Assembly: GCA_964016885.1 (NCBI GenBank)
Contig: OZ024754.1
Location: forward strand, 62,001 to 126,000
DNA: 64,000 nt
Source: Eledone cirrhosa
Lineage: Eukaryota
Direction: 5' to 3'
Part shown: positions 12,487 to 25,849 of the stretch, piece by piece
Position numbering within the stretch: the stretch's first letter is position 1
Layout: each line of letters opens with the position of its first letter
Made by a program: the position numbers and the translations under genes
The notes under the pieces: generated by a model
The model's database searches: none
What the model saw: the letters and a program-made list of their open reading frames with translations, nothing else
Told to the model about the DNA's origin: nothing

Positions 12487-12515
12487 TTGTTGTTTTGTTG
12501 TTGTTGTTTTGTTGT
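12063..12515. repeat. (GTT/GCT)n trinucleotide tract
   Basis: Direct reading. Confidence 0.95.
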
Positions 12516-13314
12516 TAGTGGTGGTAGTGGTGGTTGTGCTGTTGGTGGTGATGAAGGGGGCTGATACTGCTGCTGATATCCAGCATGCCTTTATATAAAC
12601 CCCTATTATAAATATAGGTGTGTGTGTGTGTGTGCGTGTGTACTACATTTTACAAGATACCTGCCCAACAGTCATATATGATGCTGGGTACTCGGATAAT
12701 ATGATCCAGGTCTACAGGGAAACCACCCTAACCCTTTGGAAACCGAATAGCGAAATAGTCCAAATAAAAAGACTGTCAAATCTTAACTCTCCTATATGTG
12801 TATGTCATGTCATTACACCTCAAAGTATTTTGAAGGGTACTACTACTACTATAATTACTACTACTATTACTACTACTACTACCCCCCACTACTACTACTA
12901 CCACAAAACCACCACCACAACTACTACTACTACTACTACTATTACTACTACCCCTCCCCGCTACTACTACTACTACTACCACAAAACCACCACCACCACC
13001 ACCACCACCACCACCACCACTACTACTACTACTACTCACTTTTCTTCGTTGCAACTTCTCCCACTTCTAGGCGGAAATCACACCCAGAAAGTAATTTTAT
13101 CTTGTCACCCGTGGAAAACATTTCAGTCCAGGTTTCCCACTACCGCCAACAAAAGACAGTCAAAGACTGTTGTTGTTGTTGTTGTTGTTGGTTTACCTTT
13201 ATAAATCGCCATTCATCCATTCAGTCATTATTCACAATTAATACACACAATAAGTATCTGTTTAACTGTGTAAGGAATACCCAGTTAACGAGTGGTGCCA
13301 GAAATATCTGTTTT

Positions 13315-13585
13315 ACGACCTGTGTAACGAAGGCCCGGTTAACGAACTGTGTAACAAAGGCCCGGTTAACGACCTGTGTAACGAAGACCCGGTTAACGAA
13401 CTGTGTAACGAAGGCCCGGTTAACGAACTGTGTAACAAAGGCCCGCTTAACGAACTGTGTAACAAAGGCCCGGTTAACGACCTGTGTAACGAAGTCCCGC
13501 TTAACGAACTGTGTAACGAAGACCCGGTTAACGAACTGTGTAACGAAGGCCCGCTTAACGAACTGTGTAACGAAGGCCTAGTTAA
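13315..13585. repeat. 27-bp minisatellite, ~10 copies
   Basis: ACGAACTGTGTAACGAAGGCCCGGTTA tandem, translated as TNCVTKARL repeats. Confidence 0.95.
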
Positions 13586-13649
13586 AGTGTCATGTAAGAA
13601 ACATCCTGTCAAAGGCAACCATCTCCAATTGATCCGGCTGGATCCCCCG

Positions 13650-14480
13650 AGATTAGACGAGTTCATGGATGTTATCCAACAATCCTGCTCTCGATCTTCC
13701 TCTCAGTCTCCGAACGTTTGGTTTTCCCCGCAAAATCTGTCCTGAGACATTCTAACTTCTAACTCCATATTATCGGAGCTGTGACCTCTCAGTTTGGAGA
13801 GGTAGCAGCTCTACTTGGAGCAACTCACTGATCTCAGAGCTACGCACTTTATCAAGTAACGTAGGAACCCCATTTCGGTCGCGTGTATTCACGATCGTAT
13901 TCTTTCTGTCATTACCCAAAATTCATTCCCATAGCGAAGGATTGGCACGAACACAAATTCAAGATAGTGAATTTGGCTTTTACATTTACTTCCCTTCTTC
14001 TGATGACTAAATGCTGAATTCTTGCAATTAATTCAGCCTCCTGCCTTCCATCACTCGTGAATACAGCCCCGAAATACTTAAACTTCTCCTGCTTCAGTGG
14101 AACTCCATTCATATGTAGAGTGCACTGCACAGGTTTATTTGAGAAGGCACTGATTTTCATTCCTGCCGTACAGCACTCGACAGCGAACCATTCAAGTCAT
14201 GAAGATTATGAATATGAGAAGTGACAGTACGCTCTCTTCATAGAGTCTCACACCGACATTGAATGGTTTCGACTTAGCATCATTTATTCGAATACAATTA
14301 CTAGGGAATTCATACAGAGAAATCAGGGTAGCAAGAAACTGACCATCGATCCCATACTCCTGTAGAAAACCTCCAAAACAGGTCCCCTGAAACGCGGTCA
14401 TATGTCTTTTCGTGGTCTACGAAACAAGAATGCAACTCTTGTCAATACTCCCAGGATTTCTCAAAGACCTGCCGCAGGGA
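13650..14480 (-). mobile_element. RTE-clade (Expander-like) LINE reverse-transcriptase fragment, decayed
   Basis: LQEYGIDGQFL..SLY..SKPFNVGV.L..SVLSLLIFIIFM; AGMKIS..NGVPLKQ.EKFKYFGAVFTSDGRQEAEL.ARI; frameshifts and stops. Confidence 0.85.
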
Positions 14481-15051
14481 ATAACTAATATTGGATGAAC
14501 AAATAATAGTAGAGGAAATATCTTATGATGAAATGAAAAGATTAGAGGTGTTTCTATGATAGCATATGTAGGGATATAGGGAGGGCGTAGGAGGCTAACT
14601 TACAGAACAAAAAGTTATATTATAAAGGGGAAAAAAAAAAAAAATCAGTAAAAATTTGTAAAGGTAAAGGTTAGTAGAGAATGATTAAAAATAACTCAAC
14701 AATGAGTAAAAATATTTGTGAAAACTGAATAAATATGTAAACAAGTGACTAAGTAACTATAAATAGATGTAGGAAACAATAATAAAGGCGAAGCAGGTAG
14801 AAATATAGTGAGCTATGTGAGTGGAGGGTCTTTGTCTCTATATAGATGATGTAGATATAAAAATATGTCTAGGTAACTCTTAAATCAATACACACTCACA
14901 CACACACACACGCACAGACACACACACAGACAGACACACACAAACACACACAAACATATACAAACATACAGACACATAACACTGAGAATGAAATATGTAC
15001 ATAATTCTCTAGGTAACTTCTAAATTAACGCTCTCACACACAACACAGAAC

Positions 15052-15107
<56 letters not shown>

Positions 15108-15111
<4 letters not shown>

Positions 15112-15226
15112 CGTTTCTGAATTTGTTTAGCAAGATTCTTTATCTGAAAACGTGTGTTGAAACCGATATTGTTATACTTTGGGAGGGTCATGTTACCAAC
15201 CGGAAATTTATAAATTCCCAAAGCAT

Positions 15227-15231
<5 letters not shown>
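15108..15231. mobile_element. Short internally deleted relative of the Penelope-like element at 49511-50170
   Basis: Shares TTTCTGAATTTGTTTAGCAAG..GTGTGTTGAAACCGATATT..ATACTTTGGGAGGGTCATGTT with ~49511-49580 and AACCGGAAATTTATAAATTCC with ~50051-50071. (TA)n flanks. Confidence 0.7.
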
Positions 15232-15258
<27 letters not shown>

Positions 15259-15412
15259 CTAGGGCGGGTAAAATTCCCGAGATCCATGGACGAGTTCTCT
15301 CCAGCGGTCTCTGTCCCTCATTATCGCTGCCATCTCCTGCGTCTCCAACAGACCAGTGTCTGTCATTAGGGCATCAACATACGTTAACCTTGGTCTTCCT
15401 CTTCCAAAATGT
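15259..15412 (-). mobile_element. 3' end of an RTE-type LINE ORF
   Basis: GRGRPRLTYVDALMTDTGL..EMAAIMRDRDRWRELV is the typical RTE C-terminal motif. Confidence 0.8.
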
Positions 15413-15618
15413 TGAGAGAGAGAAAGGGACTGTGAAAGACATATCACCATGGTAACTAATTACACAGCAAGTGACGCTTTCTCGCCAATACTCCCAGCTT
15501 GTCGACAACCGTTGTTGCTGGCTTGCATAGAGAGACTTCGTCAACCAAGACATTTATGTTCGCGAAAATTGTTCGTGAACCGAGGTTTCACTGCAGATGA
15601 AAATTGAATTAGAAGATA

Positions 15619-15670
<52 letters not shown>

Positions 15671-15701
15671 TATACATATACATATATATATATATATATA
15701 C

Positions 15702-15791
<90 letters not shown>

Positions 15792-16336
15792 TGCCATACA
15801 TGGAATTTGAATTACTGGTCAAATCTGTCTGGTGGCTACACTTGCTCAAAACACATTGAGATTGAACTCTGAAACCTATAATTCAGAAGCGAACTTCTTT
15901 ACGACTCAAACAGAGATACATAATTTGTCGAACTGATAAAATAGACCGCCAGATTATATAGGTAGTGATATGAGGTGTCAACTTCATATTTTACACTTCC
16001 ATGCTCGATAAATAAAGTACCAATCAAATACGGGCTTGATTCCTTTCTCTCTCTCTCATCCCCCTCTCTCTCTTTTGATCTCAGTCTCTCTGGGAATCCA
16101 CTACGTTGTGCCATGACATATGATCTTTGGTGAACGTACTAGTTACACACCCACTTTCTCTCTCTCTCTCTCTCTTTTTCTCTCTCCCTCTCTCTCTCAC
16201 ACACTCACACATATATTTATACATATACATGAGAAAATATGTATACATACACAGGGGAGATAAAGGCACACCCAGATAGATAGATGGATAGGTACATAAA
16301 TAAATAAATAGATTGATAGATAGACAGATAGATAGA

Positions 16337-17120
16337 TATATTTCTTTATTAGCCACAAGGGCGCACAAGAAAAGGGGACAATACAAAGACACATGCCGGG
16401 GATTTTACATACAGTCGTGTAAAAATGTTGAAACAAACAGATATATCAATCGAAATCCCCAATAGGGGGGAAGCGCCACAAATGGGTTGTTTAATACCCC
16501 GTCGATAGAACAACCCTCAACTCCAGGAGCGTGTTGTGCAAGTGTTCCTTTCTTCCTTTTGCTCTCTTCTTTAACCTACAGGCTTATAAACAGAGAAGGC
16601 CCAATCATTCGGGCCATTTTCGCTTCATTCACCCACCTTTCAGTAAATTTACTGGGGTGCAGTGCCTCTCTCTCCACTCTGATTCTCCTTCTAAAGTGAT
16701 ACACTAAGAAGGGAATCAATTGTTTTCCGGAGAGAAAGGCATCTGTCCTCAGTCCTCTCAATCTCGTCCACCATATAACCTCTTTCACCATAGCCACCGT
16801 ACAGAGGAAAACCGCCTCTCTTTCGTTTTTGAAAGAGTCTGGCTGTTTGATCCTTACTATGGACTCGGCAGTCAACTGGATTTGTCCCATACGCGACAGC
16901 AGTTGTTCTGAATAGTTCCACAGGTCGGTTACGCTCGGGCAGTGTACAATTGTGTGCAAGACGGTTTCAATGTCATGTCCTGCTCGCACCTTGGACACGT
17001 CCTCTTGGGAGGATCCCTGCCGGGGCGTCCGTGCCTGTAGATCTTGTCTCGAACGGGTAGAGCTCCTCGGTAGCACTGCCAGGCCAGGGATCTCTGGAAG
17101 TTGTCCATATGTGCCGGGTG
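16337..17120 (-). mobile_element. Tx1/L1-like LINE 3' fragment (CCHC zinc knuckle plus 3' UTR)
   Basis: MDNFQRSLAWQCY..ALPVR..CPRC..ETVLHTIVHCP..MVKEVIWWTRL..FTERW; 3' UTR ends AATAAAGAAATATATCTATC. Confidence 0.8.
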
Positions 17121-17895
17121 GATAGAGGCTTAGATGGATGTGAGGATGGATAATAAAGAGATATTAATGGAGAACTGGAGAGTGGATGAGAGAGAGGCTG
17201 GTCCATGAAATCCATACAAAATTGATGAAGATAAACATAAGCAAAAGTGAATATAAAATATATATATGTAGTCACCATAAGCACACACACACACAGTGCC
17301 ACACATACACACAGTGCCACACATACACACAGTGCCACACACAGTGTCACACACACACACAGTGTCACACATACACACAGTGTCACACACACACACAGTG
17401 CCACACACACACAGTGCCACACACACACGCAGTGTCACACATGCAGCCACACCCAAACGTATGACCCACATATACTCTCACTAAGGCAGCGTTAGACGTA
17501 TGCACCACACACACACATACACACACACACACAGTGCCCCCCCCACACACATACAATACCCTCCCCCACAAACATGCCACATTTACAATTATATACACCC
17601 AAATATGGGAATCACATTCTCAGACAAAATACACACCGTAAGCATGTGTGTTTGTGTGTACGTGCGCGTGTGTATGTGTGTGTATGTAGCATGTATATAT
17701 ATATTTATATATATATACACACACATATACATACATCCATACTTACTATACACTTATACATAGATATACGCCTGCATATACACATATGTGTTATTTACTT
17801 TCGTTAAAGCACATGCGTATTTTTAGTTATGTGTGTATATATGTATGTATGTATGTAAGCATGTATATGTGTGTATGTATGTATATGTGTGTATG

Positions 17896-17926
<31 letters not shown>

Positions 17927-18673
17927 GTTTGATTGTAAGCATGTGTTTTTGAAGGTGTATATGTTTATGTATGTGTAGATATCCGTTAGACTGCCAGCCT
18001 GACAAAGAGTGAGGCAGCCAGCCAGTCAGACAGACACATACAGACGCCATACTGACAGACTGATAGACAGATACAGAAGAAGCCAGACTGACAGACTGAC
18101 AGACAGATGGGATGGCAGACTGACCGACAGACAGACAGACATGAGTGTGTGGTATGTGGAACAGTGGCCTGGAACAATGGAGTCGTAGGAAAGTAATGAA
18201 TGAGACTCTCTCACGGACTGCTGGCGGAGTGTGTGTGTCTGTATGTGTGTGTGTCTGTGTGTAGGCTGGCGGAGTGTGTGTGTGTGTGTGTAGGCTGGCG
18301 CAGTGTGTGTGCGTGTCTGTGTGTGTAGGCTGGCGTAGATATTTGCGCGCGCGTGTGTGTGGGTGGGGTGGGGGGTGGCGGAGATACTTGGTGTATGTGT
18401 AGAGACGGTATGTGTGTATGTGTGTATGTGTGTATGTGTGTATGTGTGCATGTATGCATGTGTGAATGGACTTTACGTATGTATGTATGTGTATGTACGT
18501 ATGCATATGTGTGTATGTGTGTGTGTATGTATATATGACTGACGGTACTGTTACTGTGTGTAGCGTGTATACGTAGTATTGTCGAGTGGTTCAGAAGTTC
18601 ACTTAGCCATTAGAAGGTCCCGGGTACGATCCCTCAGCGTGACATCTTAAGCAGAAATCTATGCTAATAATAT

Positions 18674-19017
<344 letters not shown>

Positions 19018-19344
19018 TATTCTCAGCGACGCTTGTTTTATAACATCTCTCTGCAGGGCGTAGCTTTTCACCCAACATTCTGATACATAAATTCGTGTAC
19101 TATCATTGGAGAGTGTAGGCGGTAGTGTAACCGTTGTAGGCCACCATTGTATTTCACATTCAATGAAGACAAAGAACACAGCGTCTGGTCCAAGTATCAA
19201 AACATTCCGCCATTACACACCGCTTCTGGACTAAAGTCTGTTTCAATCCTAGACATCCATCCACTATCCAGATTCTATTGGTGTTAAACGATTGAGAATA
19301 CATGTCTAGAGTTGACATCGTTTCCTCACAGAGTCAAGTCTCAG

Positions 19345-19455
19345 ATATTGCTGGTATTTATTTAGAGCTGAGTGGGTTGAAGCAACAGGAAACGAAGTGT
19401 TTTACTCAACAGAAGGGGCTCTCTGGCCCGGGATTCGAAACCACGGACCTTCTAA
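19345..19455 (-). mobile_element. Decayed tRNA/CORE-type SINE fragment
   Basis: GAGTGGGTTGAAGCAACAGGAAACGAAGTGTTTTACTCAA..CCGGGATTCGAAACC, with a B-box on the minus strand. Confidence 0.5.
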
Positions 19456-19458
19456 CAG

Positions 19459-19498
<40 letters not shown>

Positions 19499-19503
<5 letters not shown>

Positions 19504-19631
19504 AACAAGTATGACCCCGACCGCAGAGCTCAAGCCGTTTCGACGGCTATTTCTGGACGCACTCTACTACCCTAAGTATTGAGTACTTTGGTGCGTTATG
19601 GTCCATCTGGTTCCTTACCACAATTCCTTCG

Positions 19632-19634
<3 letters not shown>
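19499..19634. mobile_element. Palindromic family C, copy lacking the second arm
   Basis: Same sequence as 26981-27040 joined directly to the 27104-27178 equivalent. (TA)n flanks. Confidence 0.85.
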
Positions 19635-19661
<27 letters not shown>

Positions 19662-19664
<3 letters not shown>

Positions 19665-19784
19665 AGACAAGCCACAAACCCTCCATCTCAATTTTACTTT
19701 TGAAAAGCTAAATAACTGTGAAACCGGTAAAGGAAATAAATAAATATTCTTTAAAAGACTCCAGCTGCATTTTCGAATTCTTTT

Positions 19785-19787
<3 letters not shown>
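19662..19787 (+). mobile_element. Family A element, diverged copy with degenerate U3:A8 hammerhead (19696-19733)
   Basis: CTCCATCTCAA..ACTTTTGAAAAGCTAAATAACTGTGAAACCGGTAAAGG..GACTCCAG.TGCATTTTCG. Confidence 0.7.
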
Positions 19788-19836
<49 letters not shown>

Positions 19837-19848
19837 CATAGATAGATA

Positions 19849-19933
19849 GATATGTTTCTTTATTAGCCTGGGGGCACAAAAGAAGGGAACAAATACAAAG
19901 GGGGAAGTTTATATACAATAAAAACGTGTAAAA
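19849..19933 (-). mobile_element. Tx1-like LINE 3'-terminal fragment
   Basis: Matches the 3' UTR ends at 16337 and 36888; GATA repeats on both sides. Confidence 0.7.
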
Positions 19934-20359
19934 TAGATAGATGGATAGATATGTAAAATACCGAACGCGGTGCCAGACAGTTTCGGCTTGTGTATACACC
20001 CACATACACACACACATATATGTATGTACATATATATATATATATATATGTTTATACATGTACATGTCTGTATATATAGGGGCGGGGATTGATATATATA
20101 TATATATATGCAGTTATGTCGGCTGTTGTTCGTACTGACATAGACAAATATTTAGGTCTGTGTGACAGTGTGTGTATGTATGTATATATATTTAGGTCTG
20201 TGTGACAGTGTATGTATGTATGTACGACGGCCCTACTCCTATATGTGTACGTTTACGTATTAATGTGTGTATACTTAAGTCTGCGTCACTGTTTATCTAT
20301 TAATCTGTGTATGTCTCACTGCTTTGTGTCTGTGTATTCATTATGTATGTGTGGTTGGT

Positions 20360-20617
20360 GTGTGTGTGCCTGTATGTTTCTCTGTGTGTGTGTGCCAGTA
20401 TGTTTCTCTGTGTGTGTGTGTGTGTGCCTGTATGTTTCTCTGTGTGTGTGTGCCTGTATGTTTCTGTGTGTGTGTGCCTGTATGTTTCTGTGTGTGTGTG
20501 TGTGCCTGTATGTTTCTCTGTGTGTGTGTGCCTGTATGTTTCTCTGTGTGTGTGTGTGTGTCTGTATGTTTCTCTGTGTGTGTGTGTGTGTGTGTCTGTA
20601 TGTTTCTGTGTGTGTCT
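20360..20617. repeat. GT-derived minisatellite (GCCTGTATGTTTCTCTGTGTGTG)
   Basis: Tandem copies. Confidence 0.9.
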
Positions 20618-21184
20618 CAATGTCAGGAGAACTGTCAATTCTTGGTTTTTGCACTTACACAGACAGAAATGTAATTTGATGACATTGCGTGTGTATATGT
20701 ATGTCAGTGATTGTGTTTGTTTTTCTACGGTTATGGTTATACGTCTTTGTGTGTGTATGTGTTTCATGATGTGTTTATGTGTGTATATGTGACAGAAATA
20801 TATATGAGCGTATGCGGATATTTTATGCTAAGTTTGGCTCTTTTACAAAACACCAGTTTAACAGCGGTGAACATAAACATACACACATATATATAAGTGC
20901 AAACAAACAAACACACACACACACAACACGCTTCTGCGTAGTTTCCGAGAAAAGCAAATTTTATTCACAATGCTTTACTATATATATATATATATATGAA
21001 AAAAGGGAGATAAAGACGATTATTAGGAAGAAAAATATATTTTTTTCCTTTTATTTTTTTCTCTTTTTTCTGGGTTAGAAAATGTTTAAAACAAAATACT
21101 TTACTTTGTGTGAAGTGTTAAGGTATTAGTTAATTTATTTATTAATTAACAATGGCAGTTATTTATTTATATATTTAATAATTG

Positions 21185-21226
21185 TCTATTACCGGTTTCA
21201 GCATTTTATGCATTATCAAAGGGGGG
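21185..21226 (-). ncRNA. Degenerate hammerhead-like motif (UUGAUAA core)
   Basis: Minus: CCCT-TTGATAA-TGCAT(AAA)ATGCT-GAAA-CCG-GTA; stem I poorly paired. Confidence 0.4.
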
Positions 21227-22095
21227 AGTTTGTATTGATGTGATGTTGAACATGTTAAGGAAATAGGGAAGAAAGAATAATATTATTTACAGGCAAAGTT
21301 CTTGAGAATAAGCAGTTTAAAATGTGTTATTATGGCAAGAGCGCTTAATTGATCCATGATGGGGGCAAATGGTAGTCTGGGGTTTGATATGATTTCCCTT
21401 TTTAGAGAGTTAATATGCAGAGGGAGGTAATTCAGGGTGGTCAGGTAGGGGAGAGAGAAATATATATATAAGCAAAAGGGATATATCATCGCTTACTTTA
21501 CTGACAAGCTAAATTGTTGATTGATTAAATATTAATTAAACATTTGCTTCTTCTTTTCAATGATAATTTTAAACATTCCAGTTTGAATTAGAATTATCGA
21601 TAGTATTAATAAAGACACAAAAATATACTTTGTTTAATTTTGGAAGATTTAGAAAATATTTGTTTTAATTTTAATATTTGATATTCCACATTCGGAGATC
21701 AAATCCCCCCAAGGTCAACTTTGCCCTTTCTCTTTGCTGACCTTGTACCTAAATTAGGACTTAATGTTTGGTATTTCTTTCGTTTGTATGTCACATGACT
21801 TAGCGTTTAGACACAGAGAACATGATAAAATATGTGCCAGAGTTAAAGAAAAAAATGATCTGTTTGATATTATAGATTAATTCAATGTGGGAGGCCAGAA
21901 AGGACAAGAATCTATAAAAAATTTGTAAAAAATTCCCTTTCTATTCACATACAGAGTGAAAAGTCAGTAAAGTATGATATTATAAGATGTTATTTGTAGA
22001 GTCTTGTCTCTAAAGACGTCACTCTACATGCATTCTCCCCCCTCCCTCGCTCTCTCTCTCTATCTATCTATCTCTCTCTCTCTATATATATATAT

Positions 22096-22169
22096 GGCCG
22101 GTTAGCTCAGTTGGTTAGAGCATCGTGCTAATAACGCGAATGTCATGGGTTCGAGTCCCATACTGGCCT
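22096..22169 (+). tRNA. trnI-AAT: tRNA-Ile (anticodon AAT), gene or very young retrocopy
   Basis: GGCCGGTTAGCTCAGTTGGTTAGAGCATCGTGCT-AAT-AACGCGAATGTCATGGGTTCGAGTCCCATACTGGCC. All four stems pair and A/B boxes are intact, but there is no oligo-T terminator. Confidence 0.85.
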
Positions 22170-22173
22170 ATGT

Positions 22174-22284
<111 letters not shown>

Positions 22285-22590
22285 CAGAGAGAGAGAGAGA
22301 GAGAGAGATGTGGTATCAGTCAAGGGAAGGGCGGATGCTAGTACAAGCCTGGCATTTTATTTATCAACCCAAAATATGATAAGGATAAAAGAGAGGTTGA
22401 CATGGGCGAGATTTGAACTAAGAAGGCAGAGGGCCGGAACGAATAACAAGGTTATCTACCCGACACGCAAAACAATTCTGACAATACATCACTTTGTTTC
22501 TGGAGTGTGAATGTATGTGTCTATGTATTTCTATGTGTACGTTTGTATAATCGTGTCGGTCTGCACGTATATACGTCTGCAATTATGCAC

Positions 22591-22649
<59 letters not shown>

Positions 22650-22653
<4 letters not shown>

Positions 22654-22664
22654 GGACTATATAA

Positions 22665-22696
<32 letters not shown>

Positions 22697-22782
22697 CTAT
22701 GTATGTCTGTGTGAGTCTGTGTATATTTTTGACTGTCTCTGTGTTGTGTGTGTGTATATATATATATAGGACTATATAAATA

Positions 22783-22844
<62 letters not shown>

Positions 22845-23131
22845 TGTGTGAGTCTGTGTATATTTTTGACTGTCTCTGTGTTGTGTGTGTATATATATAT
22901 ATATAGGACTATATAAATATATATGTATATATATATATATCTATGTATGTCTGTGTGAGTGTGTGTATATTTTTGACTGTCTCTGTGTTGTGTGTGTGTG
23001 TATATATATATAGGACTATATAAATATATATGTATATATATATATATATCTATGTATGTCTGTGAGTGTGTGTATATTTTTGACTGTCTCTGTGTTGTGT
23101 GTGTATATATATATATAGGACTATATAAATA

Positions 23132-23178
<47 letters not shown>

Positions 23179-23312
23179 CTGTGTGAGTGTGTGTATATTT
23201 TTGACTGTCTCTGTGTTGTGTGTGTGTGTATATATATATATAGGACTATATATATATATATATATATATATATGTTTGTGTGAGTGTGTATATTTTTGAC
23301 TGTCTCTGTGTG
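22650..23312. repeat. Composite ~100-bp tandem repeat with variable (TA)n, ~6 copies
   Basis: Recurring ATAGGACTATATAAAT..GTCTGTGTGAG..ATATTTTTGACTGTCTCTGTGTTG. Confidence 0.9.
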
Positions 23313-23525
23313 TTATATATACATCAATGTCTGCTCCAAAGGTGAACACGCCATATCTTTAGACGTCTACAGAAATATCTTACTTGTTTAGAGATATACA
23401 ACCTGTTTCAATGTCTGTATAAACATAACTGACTGAGAGCTGGCTACCGTGTCAATAATATATATGTATGTATATATACATATATATATATGCACGAAGA
23501 AAGACATGTTTATTGCCAATCTGTC

Positions 23526-23561
<36 letters not shown>

Positions 23562-23879
23562 GAGAGAGAGAGGTGTGTCCACAAGTGTCCATGTCTATGT
23601 TTACTTTTGTATCTATGTCTGTAACTTAGCGTTTCGACAACAGAGATCGATAAAATAAGTACCAGACTTGAAAAATATATACTGGTTTTGACACTCTTGA
23701 TTAAACCAAGGCAGCGTTCCTGCATGGCCGCTGTTTTATGAGTGAACTCAGAAAAATATTTTAAAAAAAAAATTTTGTTTTCTTTGTTTAATACGAAACA
23801 ATTTTTAAAAAAGTTTGTATAAGATTTTATGAAGATTTGACTGCTATTTATAGCATTAGTGGCTTCTTCACTTTCCATT

Positions 23880-24620
23880 TTGTGAACTGAGTACTATAAC
23901 ATCCTCTTACTTTCCCAACATATAATAGCTATATGACCTTTTTCCATATTTTCAAAACACACACACTGAAACTCTTCATACACCTTTGACATCACACACA
24001 CACACACTGACATCCTTCTAATATCCTCCAGACACTACTGTATATAACTACTCTAATTCTACATCAATCATCTAGAAAACTGTCAGCAAAACAACAGACT
24101 TAAGTAGCACCAAATCTACTGTCTCCCTTCTTACTAGTAACAACAGAGAACATCAAACACAAGCAAATATCATACTGAACAACATAAACATACCACACAT
24201 AGAAAGAAGACAAACATACTAGTTGTTAAATACAACACCTCCACTGAATTGACAACACACATAGAAGACATAATATGAAAATGAAAACGACGCCCAAACA
24301 TACTTAGAATAATCACACGTACAACATTTGACCAGCAGAAAGACGATGTAGAAACAATATATTAGATCCGTCATAGATTATGTCAACTTCAAACCGGATT
24401 AAAATACAAACTATACGAAATAGTGGACAATGCATCATCATAGATTTTATATTAACATACATAAAAACTAGCAACACAGCAAAACAAAAGTTACAGATGG
24501 AAGAGCACGTAGACATCGGAGAGACAGTCTGTTTCCTGAAGAACTTTCAGTTCACTACATGCAGTACCAATTCAGAGATATGCTAAACATGCTACATTCC
24601 ATTTGGGTCTTGCAATTAGT
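23880..24620 (+). mobile_element. Old LINE RT C-terminal remnant (jockey/I-like), tentative
   Basis: Frameshifted LENCQQNNRL..STKSTVSLLTSNNREHQTQANIILNNINIPH; strong A/C strand bias. Confidence 0.45.
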
Positions 24621-24680
24621 AGAGACCTGAAAATTATTGAAAGACATATGATCTCAGTGATTGTAAGACGATCTGGTAAT

Positions 24681-24869
24681 AATTGTTTCTACGTTAGGCA
24701 CAAGGCCAGCAATTACCCAGTGCATTACTGGTACTCTATTTTATCGACCCCGTAAGGATGAAAGGCAAAGTTAACCTTGGCGGGATTTGAACTCAGAATG
24801 GCAAGGGCCGTGACTCTATGCGTCAAAGCATGGCGTCCGGCCCTCTACCGATACTGCCAATCCACCGCC
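24681..24869 (-). mobile_element. Full-length (~190 bp) octopus-type tRNA-derived SINE with TSD
   Basis: Head GGCGGTGGATTGGCAGTATCGGTAGAG, B-box GAGTTCAAATCC, central CTTTGCCTTTCATCCTTACGGGGTCGATAAAAT; flanking repeat CTGGTAATAAT at 24673 and 24870. Confidence 0.9.
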
Positions 24870-25299
24870 CTGGTAATAATGTTTTAACATAGGACCTTCA
24901 AGATTTATATAGCTGAAAGACGAAGTTGACTTTGGTGGCATTTGAGAGCAAAGAACGGATACTGCAAAACATTCTATCCAAAGTTCTATTTCTCTGCCTA
25001 TTCACTGCCTATTCTTTGATTATAGGTCTGATCCGGGAGCTGGACAATAACTTTATTGCCGCCATGCTGCTTTAAATACATCAATAATTACTATTTCTAA
25101 TGCAAAACATACTACTTTGCATAATACCGATTTATATCGCTACTCCATTATCATTTAATCTATAATATTATTCTGGTTACTCTATTTATCATAACATGCA
25201 TTCGAATGTTACGCTACGCTTTCTAAGGGAAATAACCTCGTTCCAACCGTCATCTCGTAATTCCTATATGTCTGGAGTCGTCTGACGAGCAAAGATAGT

Positions 25300-25505
25300 A
25301 AGATATGTTTCTTTAGCCACAGGGGCACAAAAGAAGGGGAAAATACAAAGGGGAAGTTTACATACAATAAAAACGTAAAATATTATCACAAATGCAATTT
25401 AAAAATTAGTCGATTTTCTCCAATAGGGGGAGACAGTTCATATGGGTAACACATACCCCCGAAAAAATGTGCAACCCTCATCTCCAAAGAAGTAACAAGT
25501 GTAAG
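25300..25505 (-). mobile_element. Tx1-like LINE 3' UTR fragment
   Basis: GCCACAGGGGCACAAAAGAAGGGG..CCCCGAAAAAATGTGCAACCCT matches the 3' UTR of 36888-37876. Confidence 0.7.
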
Positions 25506-25542
25506 TTGGGGGAAGGGCAGCGGTTAGAGAGAAGAGGAAATA

Positions 25543-25702
25543 TAATTGTTTCTACTTTTCACACAAGGCCAGCAATTATCCAGTACATTACTGGTACTTT
25601 ATTTTATCGACCCCGTAAGGATGAAAGGCAAAGTTAACCTCGGCGGGATTTGAACTCAGAATGGCAAGGGCCGTAACTCTATGCGTCAAAGCATGGCGGC
25701 CG
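25543..25702 (-). mobile_element. Octopus-type SINE, 5'-truncated
   Basis: Near-identical to 24681-24840. Confidence 0.9.
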
Positions 25703-25805
25703 ACATTGTTAAATATTTATTATTGTTGAAGAGTCATGGATTGGTATTGACTGTTGAACCCTCAGACGTCGATATTCGACGAAAGAGTCCGTCATATATA
25801 TATAT

Positions 25806-25849
<44 letters not shown>

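Noticed and set aside
18585-18660. tRNA-like sequence
   Set aside because: Degenerate boxes and no cloverleaf; at most a decayed SINE head.
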